Shown here one piece after another: positions 18,731-27,316 of a stretch of 64,000 nucleotides of DNA. The translations under genes and the position numbers were made by a program. The notes beneath the pieces are model-generated. The model searched no databases and was not told the origin of the DNA. It saw nothing but the letters and a program-made list of their open reading frames with translations. The DNA comes from a virus. The DNA lies in the IMG/VR virus record IMGVR_UViG_3300026538_000054, positions 32,001 to 96,000 of that record; one strand, given 5' to 3'. The stretch's first letter is position 1. The number at the start of each line of letters is the position of its first letter.

Positions 18731-21253
18731 ATGGAGAGCCTCGGTCTCGCGAAATACGCCGCCGACTACTACCGCCGCACCGTACCTGATGCTTTCAGCT
18801 CCGGCCTCGACGACTTCACCGCCGGCTTCGTGCAGTGCTGCTGGGACGAGGACCTCGACGACGAGGAGATGGTAGATCGCATGGTCAAGGCCGCCATGGC
18901 CGACCCGGAGGTCGCTAGCGAGTTCGCGAAAGAGTGTGCCAAGTTCGAGCTGATGGAGAAGCAGGCCGATGGTGTCGGCGCGGCTGTCGCTAAAGGCATT
19001 GGCAGTTGGCTGGCGCCCGCCGGGAGGAGACTGAATGCTCTCAACCCGTTCAGCAGAGGCGCTCGGCCTCCGGTGCCGCACGCTCCCGTGCCGCCAGCGC
19101 CACACGTTCCTGTGCCGCCAGTCGGACAGGCTGCCGGGCAAGCGGCCGGTCATGGCGCGGCCCAGGCGGCGGGCCACGCCGGCGGCGACGCGTTGTCGCA
19201 TCTCCTTTCTGGGCCTGTCGCCTCTGCCGCTCCGCAGCGAACTTACGCGCAGATGTTGAGCGGCAACCCGTTGGCGCGCGGGACGGGCAGGGCGCTTGGC
19301 TATGGGGCCGGCGCGGTTAGCGCTGTGGGCGGTGCCGCTCTAACCGGTCAAATGGTTGCCCCTGGAACCTACCAGCGCTTGACCGAGAGCGACCAGCAGC
19401 GCACCCTCAGAGAAGGCGGCGAGCGCGCGCAGACTCAAGCTCTGCAACAAGACCAACGTCGGCAATTCGGTGAAACGCTGGCGGGCGAGCTGGAGCACGG
19501 CTTCGCAGGCGGCGAGGGCCTGCGCCCTGTCAACCGAGGCATGAACCTCACCGCCCACGGGAACATGCGTTCAGACACGCCATCGGGCTACGCTCTCCTT
19601 GATGCCGGCGACCAGGGCGGCTGGCTGGGCCGCTATCGCCAGAACCTGCCGGAGCAAGACCGGGCGTCCTTTGATCGCACCGCTCCCTATATCGCCGCCA
19701 TCAGGCAGGACCCACGGCTCGTTCAGCTTCTCGCGACCAACCCGACGGGCGCGGCCGGCCAGACTTTCACGCAGGCCCTTGCGCACGGCGCCGTCGAGTC
19801 AGGTAACAGGACCGGCCTCATGGGCGCCAGGCGCAACCCGACGCAGTTTGTCAATCAGCTTCGTGAGCAGTTCCTGCCCGGCGCTCCCGCTCTCGCTTCT
19901 CTCCCCCTGGATCGAGAAGCGATCGGCAAGACCATGGACGCCCCTGTCCCGCAGGGCATAACGGACGCCCAGCTCACGACCTACTTGCAACAACAAGGCT
20001 TCAATCCCGACGCCTTCCGACAGCTCCCTCCTCAGCAGCAGCAACAGCCCGGTCAGACAGGCCAGCCTGACCCTCAACGACAAATCCGTGCCGGTCAGCT
20101 CGTCAACCAGGAGAGCCAGACCTTGCAGACGGCGCTGGGAGGCCCACGCACCCCGGAGGCCATGCGCAACGCCGTCACCACGCTGCAAGACCCGGCTGCG
20201 TTCGAGAGCTATCACCAAGGGCTGGAAAACCTGGAGCAACAAGTTGCCTCCCAGGCGGGCAGGATCTCCCGAGACCGCGCGCTCTACATGACGGATCAAA
20301 TCAGGCACGCGCGCAGCATTGCCGCCATGGCCAGGGCCCAGGGCGTCACGGGACAGCCGATCGTCTCGCTGAACCATTTGCAGGCCAGGCTCAACTCCGC
20401 CGACATGCGGGACCCCGTGGTCCAGACCGCCCTGGACAACATCAAAAAAGACCCCGAGTTCGCGCGCCAGGCCCGCGCCTTCGAGGCGCAATACCCTGAT
20501 GTACACGAGCCGACCGGTAACTTGCTGGAAGACATCTGGGGCCAGGCCGGCAAGGCCTTTGGCGGCTGGGGCAGGACCATGCTCCTGGGCGGCATGGGCC
20601 TGGGCCTCTTCGGCATGCTTTCCGGCCTGACCGGCCAGACCTCCGGGATGGGCATGTGGGGGCCGCTCCTGGGCGGCGTCGGCCTCGCTGGTCTCGCCGC
20701 CACGGGCGGCTCGCAGCAAGGTGCCGGCAACTTGATGGGCGGCCTGGGGAGCCTCTTCGGCATGGGCCAGGCCCCGCAAGGCTTCTCGCCCTTGCAGGCC
20801 CCGCCCGCTCCTGCTCAGCCTGCTCCGGCGCAACCAGCCCCCGCCGCGGGCGCTGCTCCTCCCGCTGCCGCCGGTAACGCGCCTGCGCCTACCCAGCAGG
20901 AGACGGCCGAGCAGAGAACGCAGCGTACGCAACAGACCAGGGCGCGAGTCTCCGAGTTGGTGGGCTCCGGCCGTCCCGCGGATGTTGAGCGTGGCTCGCA
21001 GATGTTCGCCGACATGTTGGTCAGTGACATGCCCGACCGGGCCAGGGAGCTCGTCGATCGGGAGACGCAGTTTAGAATGGCCACCCCGAAGATGATCGCT
21101 GAGCGCTCGGGCGGCGCCCTCACCGAGCAGGAAGCGACCATGCTCCAGCGCAACCTGGTCCCGGTCCTGACCGCCCTTCGGAAGAAGCTCGGCATGCCGA
21201 GCAAGTTCGTCCCTAACCGCTTCATGCCCGGCGGCACGTGGTCGCAGGAGTAG
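18731..21253 (+). CDS. Large Gly/Ala/Gln-rich putative virion (ejected) protein
   Basis: 840 aa, KYAA/KQAD motifs, glycine-zipper hydrophobic segment. Confidence 0.55.
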   Translation: MESLGLAKYAADYYRRTVPDAFSSGLDDFTAGFVQCCWDEDLDDEEMVDRMVKAAMADPEVASEFAKECAKFELMEKQADGVGAAVAKGIGSWLAPAGRRLNALNPFSRGARPPVPHAPVPPAPHVPVPPVGQAAGQAAGHGAAQAAGHAGGDALSHLLSGPVASAAPQRTYAQMLSGNPLARGTGRALGYGAGAVSAVGGAALTGQMVAPGTYQRLTESDQQRTLREGGERAQTQALQQDQRRQFGETLAGELEHGFAGGEGLRPVNRGMNLTAHGNMRSDTPSGYALLDAGDQGGWLGRYRQNLPEQDRASFDRTAPYIAAIRQDPRLVQLLATNPTGAAGQTFTQALAHGAVESGNRTGLMGARRNPTQFVNQLREQFLPGAPALASLPLDREAIGKTMDAPVPQGITDAQLTTYLQQQGFNPDAFRQLPPQQQQQPGQTGQPDPQRQIRAGQLVNQESQTLQTALGGPRTPEAMRNAVTTLQDPAAFESYHQGLENLEQQVASQAGRISRDRALYMTDQIRHARSIAAMARAQGVTGQPIVSLNHLQARLNSADMRDPVVQTALDNIKKDPEFARQARAFEAQYPDVHEPTGNLLEDIWGQAGKAFGGWGRTMLLGGMGLGLFGMLSGLTGQTSGMGMWGPLLGGVGLAGLAATGGSQQGAGNLMGGLGSLFGMGQAPQGFSPLQAPPAPAQPAPAQPAPAAGAAPPAAAGNAPAPTQQETAEQRTQRTQQTRARVSELVGSGRPADVERGSQMFADMLVSDMPDRARELVDRETQFRMATPKMIAERSGGALTEQEATMLQRNLVPVLTALRKKLGMPSKFVPNRFMPGGTWSQE

Positions 21254-21545
21254 TAAGCACGTCCCACAGCTCCAAGCAGACGTCTTCGCTGAGCTCTAGC
21301 GCCACCTACCTGGCGGTACTAGAGCTCTTGTCGTTCAGTGCCTTCTTCTCCTTTTTGCCAGCCGCTACACTAAGCATTTCCGATCTGATTTTTCGTCGTA
21401 AGCCAGTCGCTGATAAGGACTTTCGTCCGCGATACCAGTCTTTTGACCCGACGGATTTGTTGCCTGTCAGCCAGGCGCTGCGTAGCATAGTCATGCTTAG
21501 CCTAAGCACAGCCTGTCAGCCTACTTGGCGACTTAAAAGAGGAGA

Positions 21546-22601
21546 TTGTTGGTGGAAAAAGTCATCGCTAAAGACGCTCCCTCACTGAGTGACGGAGCCA
21601 GGGGAGGCAAGAAGCGCGCGGAGGTCTTGACGGCCGAGCAGCGCAAGGCGATTGCCAGGCAGGCCGCGGAAGCTCGCTGGTGCAGCAAACTGCCTGTCGC
21701 CACCCACACGGGGACCATCAAGCTGGCGGACAGGGAGATTGCCTGTGCGGTCCTGGAGACGGGCCAGCGTGTCTTAACGCAGGAATCTTTCCTGGCGCTT
21801 ATCGGCCGATCGATCAAGCAGCGGGGCGGGCAGACCGTGGTTTTGTCCGAGGGCCTACCTCCCTTCCTGGCGGCAGACAACCTCTACGCGTTCATCTCGG
21901 ACGACTTACGGCGCGCCGCCACGCCCATCCATTTTTGCGCGCCGGCGACTGATGAGGGTCGCGGGCACCATCCTCGTCGCGCCTACGGTTACGATGCCAA
22001 CCTGTTGCCGATGGTCTGCGAGGTCTACCTGTCCGCCCGAGATGCCGGGAAGGCAACGCTGCAGCAATCGCACATTGTCGCCGCCTGTGATCTGCTCATG
22101 CGCGGCCTGGCCCGTGTCGGCATCACTGCGCTGGTAGACGAGGCCACGGGGTTCCAGGACTGCCGCGCCCGCGACGCGCTGGCCAAGATCCTGGAGGCGT
22201 TCGTTGCCAAGGCCTTGCGGCCCTGGGTCAAGACCTTCCCGCCCGAGTTCTACAAGGAAATGTTCCGGCTTCGTGGGCTGCCCTTCGCTGAGACGGTTCA
22301 GGGGCCGCGGTACATCGGACACCTGACCAACAACCTGGTCTACAAGCGCCTTGCGCCGGGCCTGCGCGAGGAGCTGGTCAGTAGGAACCCGGTCGGTGAC
22401 GACGGTCGTCGGAAGGCCAAGCACCACCAGTGGCTGACGCGGGACATCGGTCACCCCAAGCTCCTGGAGCACTTGCGAATCGTCACGTTGTTCATGCAGG
22501 CCTCCAAGGACTGGACCTCGTTTCAGCAGCAACTCGACATCGTCTTGCCGATCCTCTCCGCCGACGAGGAGCCGAAACCGAGCAAAAAGAAGAAGGCCTG
22601 A
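21546..22601 (+). CDS. P63C domain protein (second paralogue)
   Basis: GGKKRA...EARW; IACAVL; ITALVDEATGFQ; WVKTFPPEFY; KHHQWLT...GHP. Confidence 0.9.
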   Translation: MLVEKVIAKDAPSLSDGARGGKKRAEVLTAEQRKAIARQAAEARWCSKLPVATHTGTIKLADREIACAVLETGQRVLTQESFLALIGRSIKQRGGQTVVLSEGLPPFLAADNLYAFISDDLRRAATPIHFCAPATDEGRGHHPRRAYGYDANLLPMVCEVYLSARDAGKATLQQSHIVAACDLLMRGLARVGITALVDEATGFQDCRARDALAKILEAFVAKALRPWVKTFPPEFYKEMFRLRGLPFAETVQGPRYIGHLTNNLVYKRLAPGLREELVSRNPVGDDGRRKAKHHQWLTRDIGHPKLLEHLRIVTLFMQASKDWTSFQQQLDIVLPILSADEEPKPSKKKKA

Positions 22602-22657
22602 GAGTCACGTCCCACAGCGTCGACTAACCTGTCGCTGTGCGAGGTAAGATGGCAGCG

Positions 22658-22767
22658 GTTCCAAAGCCCTGTGTAGCGGGCTAAAAGCTGCAACCGGTAG
22701 ACGGGGTGGCGCGAGAGCCACGGCTCGGCCGTGCCAAAGCCCTCTGCAGCGGGCTGAAAGCTACAAA
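22658..22767 (+). CRISPR. Mini-array: repeat, 36-bp spacer, repeat
   Basis: Repeats 22658-22694 and 22731-22767. Confidence 0.85.
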
Positions 22768-22806
22768 AAATCTGCAACATGCCGCGGATACCGCCAAGAG
22801 GCTCCA

Positions 22807-24297
22807 ATGCCATCTATCAGACACCAGGGGCCTCTTCTCCTTGGCGCCTCCCGCGCCTTTCACAAGATCGCCGCTCCTCTCTCTGACGACAACCTGGTGC
22901 AAACGGCCAGAGATCACGGCGGCGAGTACCTGGGCGAGATGGCACGGCGCCTGGTCGCCCAGGGCATGCGCGACCAGGTGCAACAGGCCCTTGATCAGTC
23001 CGTGTTCGCATCGGGCATCAACTCGACGAGGGAGAAGCGCCTGCGCCTTAACCAGCTCCTGGTACGGGCCTACCACAGCCCGACGTCCAGGATGCTGGCC
23101 GGCCTGGGCCCTTCTCTTTCAGGCGCCCCTGCCAAGAGAGAGGCCACCGCTCCGGCCGCCTCGCAAGGCGCCGCCATCACCGCGGGAGGGCAAGCTCCTG
23201 CGCCCGCTCCTTTGGTCACAGGCCCCCTCTCTCAGCCGCAAACACAGCAGCCGCTCAAGGACCACTCGCCCGAGCGCATCTACTCCGAGGGCGTGCCGGA
23301 AAGACAACCAACCACGCAGCGGGAGCTCATGCAGGACCGGCAAGCTCTTCAGCCTTCGAGGGAGGTCCGCGAACAGACGCCCGGCAGTGCGGCCGACCTT
23401 TATCACGACTACGCCAACTGGGCCGAAGAGAACCTCGGCAAGTCCATGGGCCTGGAGACCGCCTGGGGCCTCGTCCCCTTACTGGGCGGCGCGCCTGACG
23501 TCGCGAAGGGCATGGCGGCCATGGATGAGGGCCGTCGCTGGGACGCGATGCGCCACTACGGCATGGGCCTTCTCGGCACCATCCCTGGCGCGAAGTTGTT
23601 GACCCGAGGAGGCATGGGACTAACCGCCGGCATGCGCGCCGCTCAGGTGGCTGGTCGAGTTGCTCAAACGGCCAGTCACGTAGCGCCTGTGGTCACGGCT
23701 GGCGCGCGTGGTCTGCAAGCCGTCGAGCATGCCGCCCCTGCCGTGGCCTCGGCCGCCGCTCCGTCGCTAACTCGCAGGGTCGCCACGACCACGGGCCGTG
23801 TGGTTGGTCAGACCGCCGGTCAGATTGCTGCCGGCGGCGCCATCGGCGCCGGCGCCGCGTTGGGAGAGTCCATCGAGAACGCAGGCACTCTAAGGCAGTC
23901 GCTTGCCACGGCGGACCAAGCAGAGCGGTCACGTGCTCAGGCCTTCCTCGACCAGGTCAACAAGAGGCGTGCTTATCTCAACTCCCTGGTGCCAGGGGTC
24001 AACATCGGGGCCCAGGCCCCCGCCACCCTGGAGGCCGTCTCTCAGCCCGGTGCGCTTTCGCGTTTTTCCACCGAGGCCGATCTCCACGAACTGGCCGCCC
24101 ATCCTGCCTGGCAAGAGACTGTCAGGCGACACACCCCCGGCTGGGGCGGCGCTGCCAGCAGAGAAAGTCTTCTGGGGCACGTGTCCCAGAACCTTGGCTT
24201 CGATCTCTCCAGGCCTGTTGCGCCACAGGCCGCTCCCGCTGCGCCGGCGGCCCCTGCGCCAGCTCCTGCCCCGACGCCCACGCCGCCTGCGCCTTGA
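22807..24297 (+). CDS. Ala/Gly-rich putative virion protein
   Basis: 496 aa, KIAA motif, glycine-zipper region, Pro/Ala tail. Confidence 0.55.
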   Translation: MPSIRHQGPLLLGASRAFHKIAAPLSDDNLVQTARDHGGEYLGEMARRLVAQGMRDQVQQALDQSVFASGINSTREKRLRLNQLLVRAYHSPTSRMLAGLGPSLSGAPAKREATAPAASQGAAITAGGQAPAPAPLVTGPLSQPQTQQPLKDHSPERIYSEGVPERQPTTQRELMQDRQALQPSREVREQTPGSAADLYHDYANWAEENLGKSMGLETAWGLVPLLGGAPDVAKGMAAMDEGRRWDAMRHYGMGLLGTIPGAKLLTRGGMGLTAGMRAAQVAGRVAQTASHVAPVVTAGARGLQAVEHAAPAVASAAAPSLTRRVATTTGRVVGQTAGQIAAGGAIGAGAALGESIENAGTLRQSLATADQAERSRAQAFLDQVNKRRAYLNSLVPGVNIGAQAPATLEAVSQPGALSRFSTEADLHELAAHPAWQETVRRHTPGWGGAASRESLLGHVSQNLGFDLSRPVAPQAAPAAPAAPAPAPAPTPTPPAP

Positions 24298-24394
24298 GCG
24301 CGATTCGTTTACATCAGGTTCGCTCAGATACAATCAAGGGCCGACACGGCCTGGCGGCCGCGCTGTCTTTTTTGGCCGCAAGGCGAGTTGAAAT

Positions 24395-24817
24395 ATGAGC
24401 ATGTTGGTGGAAAGACCGGAGAAACTGATCCAGGTCCTCGAGCAAAGTCGCGACATCCTGCGGGAGATCCGAGACGGCATAGGCGGTGCTCCGCAGGAGC
24501 GCCCGGCTGATAACGGGCCTGACTTGTGGCTCTCGATCGAGCAGGCGGCGAAGCACGCTGCTCTCTCGCCTACCACGCTGCGTCGGGCCATCAAGCAAGG
24601 CCTTCTCGACGCCAAGAACGTCTCTTTGGGCAAGAAGCGCCCGACCTATCGGGTCACCATGCGACAGCTCAACAACTTCATCGAGAACGGAGGCGCCCCG
24701 GCGGACGAGCGCGTGCTCGAGTACCGGAGCCGCCACCTCCCTGAGCTGGCCCATGAGAACGGCGACGTGCTCGACGCCGACGTGGATGTCGAGACGAACT
24801 CAGGTGACCCGTCGTGA
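24395..24817 (+). CDS. Excisionase-like HTH protein
   Basis: WLSIEQAAKHAALSPTTLRRAIKQGLL...YRVT; convergent with integrase. Confidence 0.8.
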   Translation: MSMLVERPEKLIQVLEQSRDILREIRDGIGGAPQERPADNGPDLWLSIEQAAKHAALSPTTLRRAIKQGLLDAKNVSLGKKRPTYRVTMRQLNNFIENGGAPADERVLEYRSRHLPELAHENGDVLDADVDVETNSGDPS

Positions 24818-24820
24818 TCG

Positions 24821-24930
24821 GTTGCGGCATCCAGCCCGCCGCACAGGGCTTTGACACACGGTGAGACTGGGCGTAGCGTCATCGGTTCACGATGTTGCAG
24901 CTTTCAGCCCGCTGCAGAGGGCTTTGGAAC
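24821..24930 (-). CRISPR. Mini-array: repeat, 36-bp spacer, repeat
   Basis: Repeats 24894-24930 and 24821-24857, between xis and int. Confidence 0.85.
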
Positions 24931-25074
24931 AACGGCTAGATTATCAACAGGGAAGTTCTTTTCCGGAAAACGTGTTGTAGGCCCCGAAAATTCCTCTCCT
25001 GGGCGCGTATAAGAATAGTAGGGAGGGGCGGCCGGGTAAGGCCGGGACGGACCTGCCGGCCGCTCTTCCCATCT

Positions 25075-25105
25075 AAGCCCTGTGCAGCGGGCTCAATGCT
25101 GCAAA
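25075..25105 (+). repeat. Solitary CRISPR-like repeat (core)
   Basis: AAGCCCTGTGCAGCGGGCTCAATGCTGCAAA. Confidence 0.8.
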
Positions 25106-25118
25106 GCGTTGTCGAATA

Positions 25119-26249
25119 TCAGCGACCCATCCTCTCTTTCTCGTCGGCCTTTTTCAGCGCTTCCGCAGCCAGGTCGCCCGCCCGCGAGACGTCCTCGGCG
25201 CTCAGGTGCAAGTAGTGCTTGGCCATGGTCAGGCTGGTCCAGCCGCCCAGAAGCTGCAACTGCGGCCCGGTGGCCCCGCCTCTGGCCGCCTGGGTCAGGA
25301 TCGTGTGTCTGCTGGAGTAGGCCACGAGTTGTTCGCCGTCTTTTTCTTCCACGCTCGCTCTTTCTCTCAGCCGCCGAAACCAGACGCAGAAGTAGTCCTT
25401 GGTCCAGCGACCGCCCTCGGAGTTGGGAAAGAGCGGCAGGCTCTCCACTCCCGGTCGCTTCTTCTCCAGCCAGACGATCATCTTCATGAGCGGCGCGGGC
25501 AGGCTGATCACCCTGGGCGCCTTGGCCTTGGTCGTCCTGGCCGTCTTGTGCTGCCTGAGGATCAGGAGCCGCTTCTCTTTATCCAGCATCGAGCGCTGCG
25601 CCGTTCTCATCTCCCCCGGCCGCATGCTGGTGAGCCGCAGCGCGTAAAGGGCGATCTTCTGCTCGGGCGCCTTGCAGGCCGCGAGTAGCCTGCGAAACTC
25701 CTCGTTGGTCATGAGCCTGGACCTCGGCTCGGCGGACAGCCTCTTGACGCCGGCGGCCGGGCCGTCGTCGGCGAGCAGCTCGGCCTCTTTCCAGCCCCAG
25801 CGCCAGAGCCTTCGCAGCGCCCTGATCACGTTGTTGACCGTGGCCGGCTTGTACTTCTCGGCCATGTCGTTTCGCAGCTTGAGCACGTCCGCCTTCTTGA
25901 CCCTCCCCACGCGCCAGCCCTTCCAGGCCCTGAGGGCGTAGCGGAACTGCTCCTTGTAGAACTCGTAGGTCCTTTCCGCCTTCGTGGCCTTGACGTCGTC
26001 GAGGAAGAGATCAACGAGCTTGGTCAGGGGCATGTTGGCCCCTTCTCGTCCTCCCTGCGCCTGTCGGCCCTGGAGCTTCGCCAGGGCCTTGGCCGCCTCC
26101 GCCTCGGTGTCCGCCAGGAAGGTCCTCTCCTTGCCGGCGTCGGTGTACCAGCCGTCTCTCCAGAAGAAAGGCTTCGCTCTTCGGGGCACGCGCCACCTCT
26201 TTTCCGGCCCTAACCTGTCCGATCTCGTCTGATCAACTAAAACTGACAC
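25119..26249 (-). CDS. int: Tyrosine recombinase/integrase
   Basis: TSMRPGE (R), HKT (K), YSSRHT, LLGGW...HY catalytic pattern. Confidence 0.92.
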   Translation of the reverse strand: MSVLVDQTRSDRLGPEKRWRVPRRAKPFFWRDGWYTDAGKERTFLADTEAEAAKALAKLQGRQAQGGREGANMPLTKLVDLFLDDVKATKAERTYEFYKEQFRYALRAWKGWRVGRVKKADVLKLRNDMAEKYKPATVNNVIRALRRLWRWGWKEAELLADDGPAAGVKRLSAEPRSRLMTNEEFRRLLAACKAPEQKIALYALRLTSMRPGEMRTAQRSMLDKEKRLLILRQHKTARTTKAKAPRVISLPAPLMKMIVWLEKKRPGVESLPLFPNSEGGRWTKDYFCVWFRRLRERASVEEKDGEQLVAYSSRHTILTQAARGGATGPQLQLLGGWTSLTMAKHYLHLSAEDVSRAGDLAAEALKKADEKERMGR

Positions 26250-26515
26250 GAAAACTGACAGGGGTCTGTTTCACATTACCCATCTCCAACAGCCGTAAGA
26301 GGTTGCGACCTGGAAAGACAAGAAAGCTCGCACGCCTGGCACATGGGCGAGCGCTGTTCCAACGCCTTCACCTCTTCTGCGCCTTAGCTCAGCTAATGCC
26401 TTTCATCGCAACCACTTACGGCAACCAAGTCAACGAGCGACACGCTCGATGACGGTGCTTTTCTTACCTGATTGCGACTCGTTTGACCACGGGAAAACTG
26501 ACAGGAAAACTGACA
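26239..26515. other. attP-like site
   Basis: Two tandem pairs of AAAACTGACA (26239-26260, 26494-26515), inverted IHF-like sites 26292-26308 and 26406-26422, central TTAGCTCAGCTAA palindrome. Confidence 0.65.
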
Positions 26516-26534
26516 CCACCCTGGCAGGTATTAA

Positions 26535-26574
26535 GCTAAAATCTCTCCTGAAACGTGTCAATATCTCTTGCCGC
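26535..26574 (+). promoter_or_regulatory. Bipartite phage promoter-like motif
   Basis: GCTAAA-15nt-TGTCAATATCTCTTGCCGC. Confidence 0.7.
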
Positions 26575-26610
26575 TCTTTAGCCAGCGGTTACTGTTCCGC
26601 GTACGGAGAG

Positions 26611-26880
26611 ATGTCCATGAGCGACGAGACGAAGACCGTGGCGCCCCTGACGAACGCCAAGCCCGAGACCAGGCCGCTGACCCCGTTCGTACTTCGCTGT
26701 CCCTGCTGTAACGAGGAGAAAGCCAGCTTCGCGCTGTTCCTCGGCAACCTGGGCGACGGCGAAGAAATGCAATGCCAGGAGTGCGACCATACCGTCAACC
26801 TGGATGATGTGAGGGACCTCATCGATCGTTGGTCGGTGTTTCTGGCCTGGCTGGCGTTGTTGCCGGCCGGGAAGGGTTGA
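26611..26880 (+). CDS. Small zinc-ribbon protein
   Basis: CPCC...CQEC. Confidence 0.6.
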   Translation: MSMSDETKTVAPLTNAKPETRPLTPFVLRCPCCNEEKASFALFLGNLGDGEEMQCQECDHTVNLDDVRDLIDRWSVFLAWLALLPAGKG

Positions 26881-26908
26881 GCGCAGTGCGTAGAAAGGAG
26901 TGTGTGCG

Positions 26909-27166
26909 ATGTTGATCCGTCTGGTGTTGCCGCCCGAGAAGGCGACATTCGCCTGCGTCAAGAAGCTGCCTGGTCTGGATGGTCTGAAGCTCGACGCAAA
27001 GTACGGCCTGGTGCCGATCGGCGGACATGGCTACGTGGTGAGAGCGAAAGGCCCGCCCGAGAACGTCAAGCCGCGGGTCAGCCCGGAGATCCAGAGTTGG
27101 TATCCGGGCCCGCAAGTCTCACCCGTCGGTGAGAAGAAAGGCGAGGGCACAGTATGTCGATCGTGA
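26909..27166 (+). CDS. Hypothetical protein
   Basis: AAGGAG RBS. Confidence 0.55.
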   Translation: MLIRLVLPPEKATFACVKKLPGLDGLKLDAKYGLVPIGGHGYVVRAKGPPENVKPRVSPEIQSWYPGPQVSPVGEKKGEGTVCRS

Positions 27167-27258
27167 AGATACAAGTGACGGCCGAGGACATCGCCACTTG
27201 AGCACCGGCAACGCCACAGCGATCCCTGGGGGGATCGCTGTGGTATTTTCTTCCTTTT

Positions 27259-27288
27259 AGCCCTCTACAGCGGGCTAAAAGCTGCGAC
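27259..27288 (+). repeat. Solitary CRISPR-like repeat in 5' UTR of 27317
   Basis: AGCCCTCTACAGCGGGCTAAAAGCTGCGAC. Confidence 0.8.
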
Positions 27289-27316
27289 ATGGACGTGAAC
27301 AACGAGTACCGCCAAG

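Noticed and set aside
19799-20932. Long antisense/alternative-frame ORFs (also 37035..38102, 40185..41105, 44407..45426)
   Set aside because: Shadows of high-GC genes on the opposite strand with no recognisable motifs.
26378-26400. tRNA gene
   Set aside because: Only a 5'-end-like fragment; no anticodon or T-arm (GTTCGA) follows.
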